From the human T2T-CHM13v2.0 reference genome, Homo sapiens: a stretch of 64,000 bases of DNA. The position numbers and the translations under genes were made by a program. The notes under the pieces are model-generated. The model had not been told where the DNA came from. It did not search any database and saw nothing but the letters and a program-made list of their open reading frames with translations. Location of the stretch: the NCBI RefSeq assembly GCF_009914755.1, contig NC_060930.1. One strand, 5' to 3'. The stretch's first letter is position 1, and every line of letters begins with the position of its first letter. This document shows, one piece after another, positions 49,666 to 64,000 of the stretch.

Positions 49666-50025
49666 CTAAGGTACTGGGTTCATCTCACTAGGGAGTGCCA
49701 GACAGTGGGTGCAAGACAGTGGGTGTAGTGCACCGTGCGTGAGCCGAAGCAGGGCAAGGCATTGCCTCACTCGGGAAGCGCAAGGGGTCAGGGAGTTCCC
49801 TTTCCGAGTCAAAGAAAGGGGTGACAGATGGCACCCGGAAAATCGGGTCACTCCCACCCTAATACTGCGCTTTTCTGATGGGCTTAAAAAACGGTGCACC
49901 AGGAGATTATATCCTGCACATGGCTTGGAGGGTCCTGCACCCACAGAGTCTCGCTGATTGCTAGCACAGCAGCCTGAGATCAAACTGCAAGGAGGCAGCG
50001 AGGCTGGGGGAGGGGCGCCCGCCAT
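49666..50025 (-). CDS. L1 antisense ORF0-like reading frame (119 codons from ATG at 50025)
   Basis: MAGAPPPASLPPCSLISGCCASNQRDSVG... matches the primate L1 ORF0 N-terminus, with Kozak-like gcaATGG. Expression is unknown. Confidence 0.55.
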   Translation of the reverse strand: MAGAPPPASLPPCSLISGCCASNQRDSVGAGPSKPCAGYNLLVHRFLSPSEKRSIRVGVTRFSGCHLSPLSLTRKGNSLTPCASRVRQCLALLRLTHGALHPLSCTHCLALPSEMNPVP

Positions 50026-50656
50026 TGCCCAGGCTTGCTTAGGTAAACAAAGCAGCCGGGAAGCTTGAACTGGGTGGAGCCCACCACAGTTCAAGGAGGC
50101 CTGCCTGCCTCTGTAGGCTCCACCTCTGGGGGCAGGGCACAGACAAACAAAAAGACAAACAAAAAGACAAACAAAAAGGGCACAGACAAACAAAAACAAA
50201 CCACTGCAGTAACCTCTGCAGACTTAAATGTCCCTGTCTGACAGCTTTGAAGAGAGCAGTGGTTCTCCCAGCACAAAGCTGGAGATCTGAGAACTGGCAG
50301 ACTGCCTCCTCAAGTGGGTCCCTGACCCCTGACTCCCGAGCAGCCTAACTGGGAGGCACCCCCCAATAGGGGCAGACTGACACCTCACACGGCCGGGTAC
50401 TCCTCTGAGACAAAAATTCCAGAGGAACGATCAGACAGCAGCACTTGCGGTTCATGAAAATCTGCTGTTCTGCAGCCACCGCTACTGATACCCAGGCAGA
50501 TAGGGTCTGGAGTGGACCTCTAGCAAACTCCAACAGACCTGCAGCTGAGGGTCCTGTCTGTTAGAAGGAAAACTAACAAACAGAAAGGACATCCACACCA
50601 AAAACCCATCTGTACATCAGCATCATCAAAGACCAAAAGTAGATAAAACCACAAAG

Positions 50657-51673
50657 ATGGGGAAAAAACAGAGCAGAAAAACTGGAAACTCTAAAAAGCA
50701 GAGCACCTCTCCTCCTCCAAAGGAACGCAGTTCCTCACCAGCAATGGAACAAAGCTGGACGGAGAATGACTTTGACGAGTTGAGAGAAGAAGGCTTCAGA
50801 CGATCAAACTACTCTGAGCTACAGGAGGAAATTCAAACCAAAGGCAAAGAAGTTAATAACTTTGAAAAAAATTTAGAAGAATGTATAACTAGAATAACCA
50901 ATACAGAGAAGTGCTTAAAGGAGCTGATGGAGCTGAAAGCCAAGGCTCCAGAACTACATGAAGAATGCAGAAGCCTCAGGAGCTGATGCAATCAACTGGA
51001 AGAAAGAGTATCAGTGATGGAAGATGAAATGAATGAAATGAAGCAAGAAGGGAAGTTTAGAGAAAAAAGAATAAAAAGAAATGATCAAAGCCTCCAAGAA
51101 ATATGGGACTATGTGAAAAGACCAAACCTACGTCTGATTGGTGTACCTAAAAGTGATGGGGAGAATGGAACCAAGTTGGAAAACACTCTGCAGGATATTA
51201 TCCAGGAGAACTTCCCCAATCGAGCAAGGCAGGCCAACATTCAGATTCAGGAAATACAGAGAATGCCACAAAGATACTCCTCAAGAAGAGCAACTCCAAG
51301 ACACATAATTGTCAGATTCACCAAAGTTGAAATGAAGGAAAAAATGTTAAGGGCAGCCAGGGAGAAAGGTTGGGTTACCCACAAAGGGAAGCCCATCAGA
51401 CTAACAGCAGATCTCTTGGCAGAAATTCTACAAGCCAGAAGAGAGTGGGGGCCAATATTCAACGTTCTTAAAGAAAAGAATTTTCAACCCAGAATTTCAT
51501 ATCCAGCCAAACTAAGCTTCATAAGTGAAGGAGAAATAAAATACTTTACAGACAAGCAAATGCTGAGAGATTTTGTCACCGCCAGGCCTGCCCTAAAAGA
51601 GCTCCTGAAGGAAGCACTAAACATGGAAAGGAACAACTGGTACCAGCCACTGCAAAATCATGCCAAAATGTAA
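50657..51673 (+). pseudogene. L1 ORF1p, disrupted by one premature TGA at 50984-50986
   Basis: MGKKQSRKTGNSK... to ...YQPLQNHAKM in one frame of 338 codons. The internal stop is consistent with CGA>TGA CpG decay. Confidence 0.95.
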
Positions 51674-51736
51674 AGACCATAGAGACTAGGAAGAAACCAC
51701 ATCAACTAAGGAGCAAAATAACCAGCTGACATCATA

Positions 51737-55564
<3,828 letters not shown>

Positions 55565-55884
55565 ACAATGAGAACACATCGACACAGGAAGGGGAACATC
55601 ACACTCTGGGGACTGTTGTGGGGTGGGGGGAGGGGGGAGGGATAGCATTGGGAGATATACCTAATGCTAAATGACAAGTTAATGGGTGCAGCACACCAGC
55701 ATGGCACATGTATACATATGTAACTAACCTGCATATTGTGCACATGTACCCGAAAACTTAAAGTATAATAATAATAAAATAAAATTAAAAAAAAAAGCTG
55801 GAAACAGGAAAGGTGTCTCTGAGTTGGCCCAACCCTGCCAAATGCTATTACGTGACAAAGTTTTATTAATTTATTGTCATTTAA

Positions 55885-56194
<310 letters not shown>

Positions 56195-56554
56195 TGGTAA
56201 TATTTTTAAATAGTTTTCCTGCAGATAGTTCATTTGGATTTATAAATAAACGCTGCCTCGTCATCATATCAGCAATATCTGATCTTATTTGTTCCCTTTC
56301 TCTAAAATTAACTTTTTTACTGTTACCCTGAACCCATCTATTCTAATGCTGAATTCTGAGAAAATTCATAGTTGGTTCCCCTCAGTTCAGTCATCAGTTT
56401 GGGAAAGTGGTATTTAATTTAAGATAATTGATAGTTATAAAAAATAATTCTAACAAAGAAATTGAGCCTTCATCCTGATACATGTAAAACTAAAGGGTGC
56501 TACATCGAAATCCATTACAGACAATGAGAAATACTGGAAATTTAGTCAACTGAC

Positions 56555-56773
56555 CTATTTTCTTGTGGAGCAAACTGGATCTTTTCCCCAAAATGCTGAA
56601 GTCCTGGGCCTGTGAGGGAGCTGAGGATAGTCGCATTCTTTGACCTTCTTCTGGGTTTCCTAGGCGGAAGGGTGGGCTCTGGGACTGTCTGAATTCACGT
56701 CTATCCATGCCAGCCAAGTGGAGAGCCTCCTGAGCTTTCTTCTTTTCTTTTTTTAACATGTTGACCAGGATAT
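56555..56773 (-). CDS. KIF6: Internal coding exon (219 nt) of KIF6
   Basis: Acceptor tttcAG at 56775-56774, donor ATAG|GTCAGT at 56554. A|AT completes Asn, then ILVNMLKKEKKKAQEALHLAGMDRREFRQSQSPPFRLGNPEEGQRMRLSSAPSQAQDFSILGKRSSLLHKKI (ORF 56490..56831). Phase-compatible with the upstream exon. Confidence 0.92.
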
Positions 56774-57126
56774 CTGAAACTTGACTTAAGGATTTAATGC
56801 CTGATGCTAGCTTATAGTAATCAAAACACAAATGTCCTAAGTGTCATTAATGTTCCTAACATTTGCTATTTATCATGTGGTAAAGACTGAAGGAAGGCTT
56901 CAACTTCCTGAAGCCCCATATATAGCAATGGACAATTTAGGAGGCTTGCTTTCTATATAGCACCACTGTATGAAAAATTAGCAAACGCAAGGTCTTTACA
57001 ATGTTCTGAGTTTAAACCAGGTACATCTTAACAATCTTATGAAAGTGCTTATAAAAAGTCAAATGAAGGCTGAATAGTAGTAGACAATAGGCTATGTATA
57101 CATCTTCCCAGATAAAAGATGAATTT

Positions 57127-57310
57127 ACTCACATAGCCCATGTATATGTATCAGCCCCCTGGGCGAGCACGCGCCTGCTCGGGAGGCAGCAGCAGAGCAG
57201 AGCGGGAGGATGGTGAAACCCACCCGGCTGGCAGATCAGCCGTCTTCATCCTGGCGGCCGGTGCGGTGACAAAGGTTCAGCCAGAGCACCCCAAGCTCAG
57301 CACGTGCTTA
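57127..57310. promoter_or_regulatory. Small CpG-rich non-repeat patch, candidate regulatory element or internal promoter
   Basis: About 11 CpGs in about 150 bp against a CpG-depleted background. Contains CTCF-like CGCCCAGGGGGC (minus strand, about 57154-57165) and E-box CACGTG at 57301. Confidence 0.45.
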
Positions 57311-58059
57311 TGTAGAGTTCACTCAGATGGGGGCTTTTTAAGCCACTAATGTTTGGTCTCAAATGTAACAGAAAAGAAGCGAATTGTTAGCACAGACATA
57401 TCATTTTAAAATGCACCTTCTGTAGGCCATTGAGATATGCCAGGACCATTGATGATAAAGGATAAAACCACTCCCCTCTACCCTACTTCAGTGTTCATTC
57501 TGTGTTCACGATGCCTAGAACTCTAAGAGATTTTTGTCCAATCTGCTAAATGGAAAGACTGTAACCCCTACTGAGAATCTCAGAGCTCTAACTGCATATG
57601 GGGTAAGATGAATTCAATGCCTTTGCATCGCTAGAGAAGGCTCATTAAAATGGGAGTCTAAATGTGGTATGTGTCCTAAAGGGTAAACTTTTCAGAGGAA
57701 GGGGATACAGAGAGCACTGCTACTTAGAAAGGCGGACAGGTACCCAGATGATATTTATTCTTGGACAAGCAGCGTGGAAGTCATTTGACCTTCATCTTCC
57801 TCCTCAGCTTTAACTCCCACTTGGTGATTTCTGGAAGCATAATCAGGTTTGCTCTCTCTGATGTGGCTTCCATTCCTTGCCCCAAAACAACATGTACTTA
57901 CCAAAAATGTTCACAGCTTCTTAGTGTCTAAGCATTAACATGACAGAGAAGAACAGGGCTCTGGCCGAACACGCTGCTCCTCTTTGTATGGAACTGATTA
58001 CCAATGTCATCATACACTTCCATTGGTTCACACACTGTGATGGCAATATCCATCGACTC

Positions 58060-58790
58060 CATCGACTCACTCATTCAGTGATATTTGTTGGAGCTTGTGC
58101 TATAGATGCCAGGCCCTGTTCTAGGCATCGGTATAGAGCAATGACAAGGCAGAGTAGTTTCTTGCTCTCACGAAGCAGACGTCCTACTGGGGAAAGACGT
58201 CTCACACATGCATGCATGCACATGCACACACACACAACATCAGAATGCCACATACCTAATCTGAAGAAGGTCAAGGGTGACTGGGCAGCTGCTATACATT
58301 GGGTGCTACAAAAGGCCTAAGAGTGACCTTTAAGCTGAGATCTGAGCCATAAGAAGAACCAGCCAGAGGAAGAACATCAATGCAGAGGAGAAACAGGAAG
58401 TTTCCCTAAAGAGAAACAGGCCCGGAAGTGGCTCCCAATGCTACAGTCCTGTGATCCCACTTCCTACAATGCACAGGACAGCTCCTGAGATGAAGAATTA
58501 TCCAGCCACAAATGTTGATAGTGCCAAGGCTGAGGAACCTCGTGTTAGAAGAACAACAAGAAGGTAACTGTGACTGAAGCCTAGCACACGTGGGACGAGG
58601 CATGAGAAATGAGGTCCGTGGGGGAGGGGATGGTGTAGGCAGGGCAAGATCATCCAGGCCCTCGTAAACCAGAGCAAGGAGTTTGGTTTCATTCTTCATA
58701 TCATGGGAAGCCCCTTGAAGACTTTAATGAGAATAATGATGCGTTCTGATGTACATTTCATAAAGATCGCAATACGAATCTATCTTCTGT
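58060..58790. mobile_element. L2 fragment containing a MER20 piece (about 58455-58545)
   Basis: tcactcattca...tttgttggagc L2 tail. cctacaatgcacaggacagc...aagaattatccagcc...aatgttgatagtgccaaggctgaggaacc matches the MER20 3' half. Confidence 0.7.
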
Positions 58791-61106
58791 GCTGCCTTCC
58801 TTCTTCTCACCTTTCCCCTGTCTTCTTGTCCTCCCTATTCCCATTTATGGGAATGGCCTTTGTGCTAAACACTTTGCTGGGTCATGGATCCCCCTGTCAT
58901 ATATTTTGTGAAGGGGTGTGTGAACTTTATTCAAGCTGAGGATGTCACCAACAGGACATCATTTTCAGTCTCTTTCCAAGAAGATCTGATGTCGTTCGCA
59001 GTCATTTGGGTGCATTACTGTCTTTTGTGAAACTCAATTATAATCACTTTTTTTATTTCCTGGAAGCCATATCTTTCCCATTTGTTGTGTCACAGTCTTA
59101 GCCTTCTGGGTTCTACAAAGAAAGATATGAAAACATCCTCCAACCTGACTCTGAATAACTGTGAGATTTCAGGAGGTTTTCTTAGTCGTTGGTCTTTGAT
59201 AAGCACAGCTTTGAGAGGATTAAATCTTAGCTGCTATTCTTCCTTCTTCTGAGATTGCTTATTGTCTTCATAGTCATAACTCCAATTACATCACACTCCG
59301 CAGTGCTCAAAGCACTTATGGGCTTTTCTCAGCAGGTCTTATGGTCCTGCTCCTGAAGAGTAGAAAGCAATGTCACTGAGTAGGTACAGAGCTAATAAAT
59401 GAAGAGCTAGGATTTCAATCCAGGTATGAATTGAAGTGCAGTATTCTTTCCACTCTGACTCCCATACACCATCATTTTGAATAAGAGTGTCAGATGGAGG
59501 GAGCCCTGTTTGAATTGCTGACAGTTAGTAAAGAATCTAGGGTAACCCCACATGAATGGTGATGCCTGGATTCACCACAGTGAAGGAGGGGAGGTGATGG
59601 ATATCTCTCTTTCACTCTCTTTTAAAAATAAACATATAGGAACAAACTTGGACTGTTCTCTCTCTGTCATATCTCATTTCATCCCTCCTATATGCACAGA
59701 CATTCATAAGCCCAGAAGGGGATTAAGAAGTTGGTAGGAGTATTTAAAGGAGAAGATCCTAGACTAGGATCAAGGCCAGGAAAAGAAACAGAGCTCAGAC
59801 TGGGGCTGGGGCCAGGACTGAGGTCCAGGCCGAGACCATGCCAGGAGATGGATGGTGTAAGAGGAAGGAAAAGGAATGTGAGGGTGACAACACCATGGGC
59901 AGCACTGACGGATGAAGGCTTGTGTGTGTGTGTGTGGGTGGGGGGGGATTCTCAGCTGAACCTACTGTTCCCTGGCCAGCTAAAACTCACTTGAATCTGA
60001 CACACAGGATCTGCTGATACTCAAGTAAAATTAGAGACCAAAGTTAATCAGGCAACATGTCTACCTCCCATTTGGTTTGTTCTTACCTCTTTATTACTGG
60101 GTTTCCTTTATGTAGACTATTTTCATGCATTTTGCATAAATAGCTGAAGCTAAAGCATCTTTTGGTAATTTAAAAAAAGAACAAAAATATCTGTTTATAA
60201 AGAACTGACCGAAAGGATTTCTTGTGCATGTTTAAATTCTGCAAACGTAATGAAAATGTCAAATCTTTTTACAAGAAGCTTGAAAGATAAAATGAGAAAC
60301 AATACCAAAGAAATATCTGGGAGGCCTGAGTTCCACCCAACCCCACAGGGGCTCCATAGAAGTAACCACTTCGTCTGCAACTGGAGGCAGCACATGCTCC
60401 CATGGGCTACTACCACTTTCAGCACCCAAAATACACTGCCTCTTGGAGCCAATAAGAATTCTATCTTATTTGGTACTGATCAGTTTAGCTAAAAAAAAGA
60501 ATTCTATCTTGAACACTCATCTATACTCACTTCCAAATTTGGGAACATTTGTAAGTGTAACTCAAAGCAGTAGATCTGGCTTTTAAATAAAAAGTTACAT
60601 TTAAATCAATCTCTGCTCTTCATAAGCTAAATACCATTTGTCATTTTTCAGCCATCATTTGAGTTTCACCCACGCACCAGCCACAGATTCTGGGCCATGG
60701 TGAGTCTGTGGTCAGCCTGTTGTCTGGTCAGCTTGCTAAAGATAACCAGCTAACTTACTGGCTCAGGGCTAACACAAAGAGAACACAACAGAGGAGCCAA
60801 AAAATATATTTTAAAAAATTAATGTTAAAAGATGGTGTAAAAAGGCTCATACTTTGAAATAAACTAAAATGTTCCCTGCAAGAGTAACTATGTCAGGATA
60901 AAAACAAACACATTTTTTTCTTTTATAGAAACTCTTTTTCACTGGTTGCAATACTTTGCTGAAGGGACCTTTGACTTCTCAATGGAAAGAAGCAATGTGA
61001 AATGGAAGCTGGGTGGGGAGCTCAGCCATGTGGCTCAGGAAAGACTGCTGTTTACCCCTTTCAAACCAGGATAGAGGAAGTTTCTTCATCACTTCAGAAA
61101 GGATAC

Positions 61107-61245
61107 TGATTTCGTTATCTCTCTGTTTCAGAATATCTCGTAGCTTTCTATATTCTTCTTCTTTTAATGGTTCTTGACAATCTTGGTCTTTGCTTTCAGA
61201 GGAGACTGTATTGTTTTCAAGGATCTTCTTGTCATTCAATAGTTT
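61107..61245 (-). CDS. KIF6: Internal coding exon (139 nt) of KIF6
   Basis: Acceptor ttacAG at 61247-61246, donor A|GTATCCTTT at 61106. Translates KLLNDKKILENNTVSSESKDQDCQEPLKEEEYRKLRDILKQRDNEI plus 1 nt (seen in ORF 60979..61335). Phase 0 in, phase 1 out. Confidence 0.92.
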
Positions 61246-62134
61246 CTGTAAGATAAAATAAGAGCTTAGTACCCATATCTCTAGTCCAAATTTCTTTGTT
61301 TCTTTGACTCTTTTTCCTTTAACAATTCCCTGCACACATCAGGCATGTGTGACCTGTCTGATGCAGGTGCGATGTCTTTGCGATGCAGTTGCTTTTTTGG
61401 CTTGGCATGTTTTCTCCCTTCTACCTGCCTTCTTTCCCCTCCTCCTTCCTCAACCCTCTCTCCCCATCTTATCTCTCCTTCCCTAAATTGGGAAATGCCT
61501 ACTCAACATTATCTCTTCTTGGACTCCTTTCCCTTTCTCTATACATCATTCCACTTAATTTACACTTTTATTCTAGTACTTATCATGTATTGTGATTATT
61601 CTTTACAACATCTGTCATCTCCATGACTTGCTTATTAAACTTTGTCTTATCTATACCTGGCCCTTAGTAACTCACAACAAATGTTTATTATCTTAAAGAA
61701 GTATGCAAAAATACAAGTGAGCTAAAAGTAAAAGTGATTATATTCCCAGCCCCTTGTCATGAAAATTAAAACCTAAGGCAGAGAAAAACTGAAATATCAT
61801 ATGGGTATATCAAACTGCTGAAAAAATACAGAATGCAATTCTCTTGATATAGCTTGAAAATAGTTTTTTAAAAAATATGGAACTATTCTGTGTAGAAGGT
61901 AGAGATTCCTGACAAAAGAATTAGAAGTCCATGGCCTGAGTTTATTTATTGGCAAGTAAGATACAATCTCTGAAGAAACTCAGTGATAATCATACTATTG
62001 ATTCAAAGATCGTACCATTTTCTGGACATGCAATGCTGGATCCTAACCTTCCAAGAACTGGTCAACTAGAAAAGTTTTTTTGCAGCTTGAACATGGCTGA
62101 AAATGGCTTCTATTGGGGAAACATTTAAGTTTAC

Positions 62135-62240
62135 CTTTAAATGATGAAAACAGTGATGAACTTTACGCATATCCGCGCCAACCTCTAATCTACTGTCTGA
62201 ATCCTGGTCTTCCAAAAAGGATGTTATTAGTTTTTCCAGC
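62135..62240 (-). CDS. KIF6: Internal coding exon (106 nt) of kinesin family member 6
   Basis: Minus strand: acceptor ttttAG at 62242-62241, donor AAG|GTAAAC at 62134. After one residual base it translates LEKLITSFLEDQDSDSRLEVGADMRKVHHCFHHLK and ends in phase 0, matching the next exon. Peptide recognised from memory as KIF6 (about exon 11). Confidence 0.92.
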
Positions 62241-63091
62241 CTAAAAATACATAATGTATGAGAAGCAACTGTGAGCTAGAAGCTTTAAAAATTCTAATGG
62301 CATTATCTAGTTGGTTAACATTTGAAGTACAGAATATTGTTCCCACCTCTTTACAGAAGTACAGATTTGAGTATAAAAATTAAGGGAAAAGAAACATTGA
62401 CAAAGTGAAATTTATAGTGAAGCCATTATTTGACTAATTTCCAGTGAATTTTCTTATGAAGCTTTCAATATAGAAATCATTTGATTTCTATGGTCCATCC
62501 ATTCTAGCCACTCTGAATTTCTATGCCCCTGTGCCTGGCTGCTGCATTGCTAGAAAAAGTAATGAGAATGTATTTTAAATTAATTTCACTAAAAATGCAT
62601 GTGACTCCGCTTCAGCTGGCACCTCAGTGATACCCCACTATTTTTTTAATCATTCCAGGTGATCTTCTATTCTTCACAGTGCCTATTCCAAATCTTTCTA
62701 CAGCCCCCAAGCCTGCCACTACTCTTTCACTCTCTGTCAATAAAGTCACTTCTTTATTGGTGAAAGCCATGCAGACTCCTTTGTTTCCTCCTCCTTTGCC
62801 TCAGAGTGTCTCTGCCTCACTGCTCAGGCCCTCTTCCTGCTTTTATAGATTGTGGATATTCTTCCTCTTTCTGAAGGCCAGTTTCTCCCCTGGGCTCTCT
62901 CTCTGCTTCTTCCAGGGCTTATCTAGTTAATTACCTCTTTTCCCTTAATCATCTCTTTATCTCCTCTCTATACTGACTCCTTCCTCTTTGCTTACAATCA
63001 TGTTGTTTTTCCTATCCTAAAACAAAATGAAATAGAAAACAAAACACCTCCCTTTGGAGGGACCATCCAACCACTCTATTCTAAAGTCCTA

Positions 63092-63436
<345 letters not shown>

Positions 63437-64000
63437 CTAGTACTTTGTATCAGAGGGAAATTCTTGGCTCTTATTTATCTTTGTTCTTCCCGTCCCCCTA
63501 ACATTAGGTTCTCAACACAAATATGTTCACTAGTTACTGGATTCACTGCCATGGACATGGTTCCCCTCTAGGTTGAGATGGAACTCTTAATAAGGAAGGT
63601 TTAAGGATGACAATCAGTATCTATGATGTTATGTATCATAATACAGCAGCAGCATATCTTTCTAGTACTATTATGAAAATATTTGCATACTTTCAGCATC
63701 TTTTAAAACTGTATCTACACATTTCTCTTCTGCTGTTACTATCAGCCCACCCAGATAAAATGTAATGATTTCTATCATAGAACAGCCTTGGATTTCATTT
63801 GTACCTCTTGTAATTTGTGACATGTGACAGCTATATATTTACAAGTGTGAGACAATTTATACCGTTACTTTTAAGGAGTTTCTTTAGGTGAAGAGATACT
63901 TATTTGCACTATTTGCTGATTGACAGTGTGTTTCCTTTTGGATTAGAGCTTCAAACCATCAGATATACAGAGGGATTTATTCCTGATACATTTTTTAAAA

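Larger units (their letters stand above)
56774..61106 (-). other. KIF6: U12-type (minor spliceosome) GT-AG intron, 4333 nt
   Basis: 5' site GTATCCTTT matches the U12 consensus RTATCCTTT. Branch-like TCCTTAAG at 56792-56785 (consensus TCCTTAAC) places the branch A about 13 nt from the intron end. Only a minimal pyrimidine tract is present. Confidence 0.88.

Noticed and set aside
55608-55641. G-quadruplex-forming run
   Set aside because: It is the standard L1 3'UTR G-rich tract and is not locus-specific.
60979-61335. ORFs 60979..61335 and 56490..56831 as standalone genes
   Set aside because: They are KIF6 exons plus read-through into flanking intron. Splice sites define the real limits.

Overview
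Primate (almost certainly human) genomic DNA, AT-rich and repeat-dense, lying inside a large gene on the minus strand. Three coding exons (62135-62240, 61107-61245, 56555-56773) splice in frame into a peptide I recognise as the post-motor stalk of kinesin KIF6. Everything from 1 to 56554 appears to be one very long intron. That intron holds three long + strand L1 copies of different ages, a twin-primed inverted old L1, several Alus, MaLR/ERVL LTRs, hAT/Tigger DNA transposon fossils, MIR/L2 and an RTE-clade LINE relic. Most ORFs in the track are repeat-derived or chance. I found no new multi-gene system. The best signals are: (1) the intron at 56774-61106 has U12 (minor spliceosome) signatures; (2) the old L1 at 17494 has a 5'UTR deletion whose ends match GT/AG sites visible in the neighbouring L1s, suggesting a spliced-then-retrotransposed L1; (3) a CpG-rich, promoter-like patch with a donor site sits inside the U12 intron; (4) a full-length L1PA3/4-like copy has an amplified SOX site, an open ORF0 and an antisense promoter pointing in the KIF6 sense direction. 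Subfamily names are from recalled consensus features, not a database search. Old-repeat boundaries are approximate.
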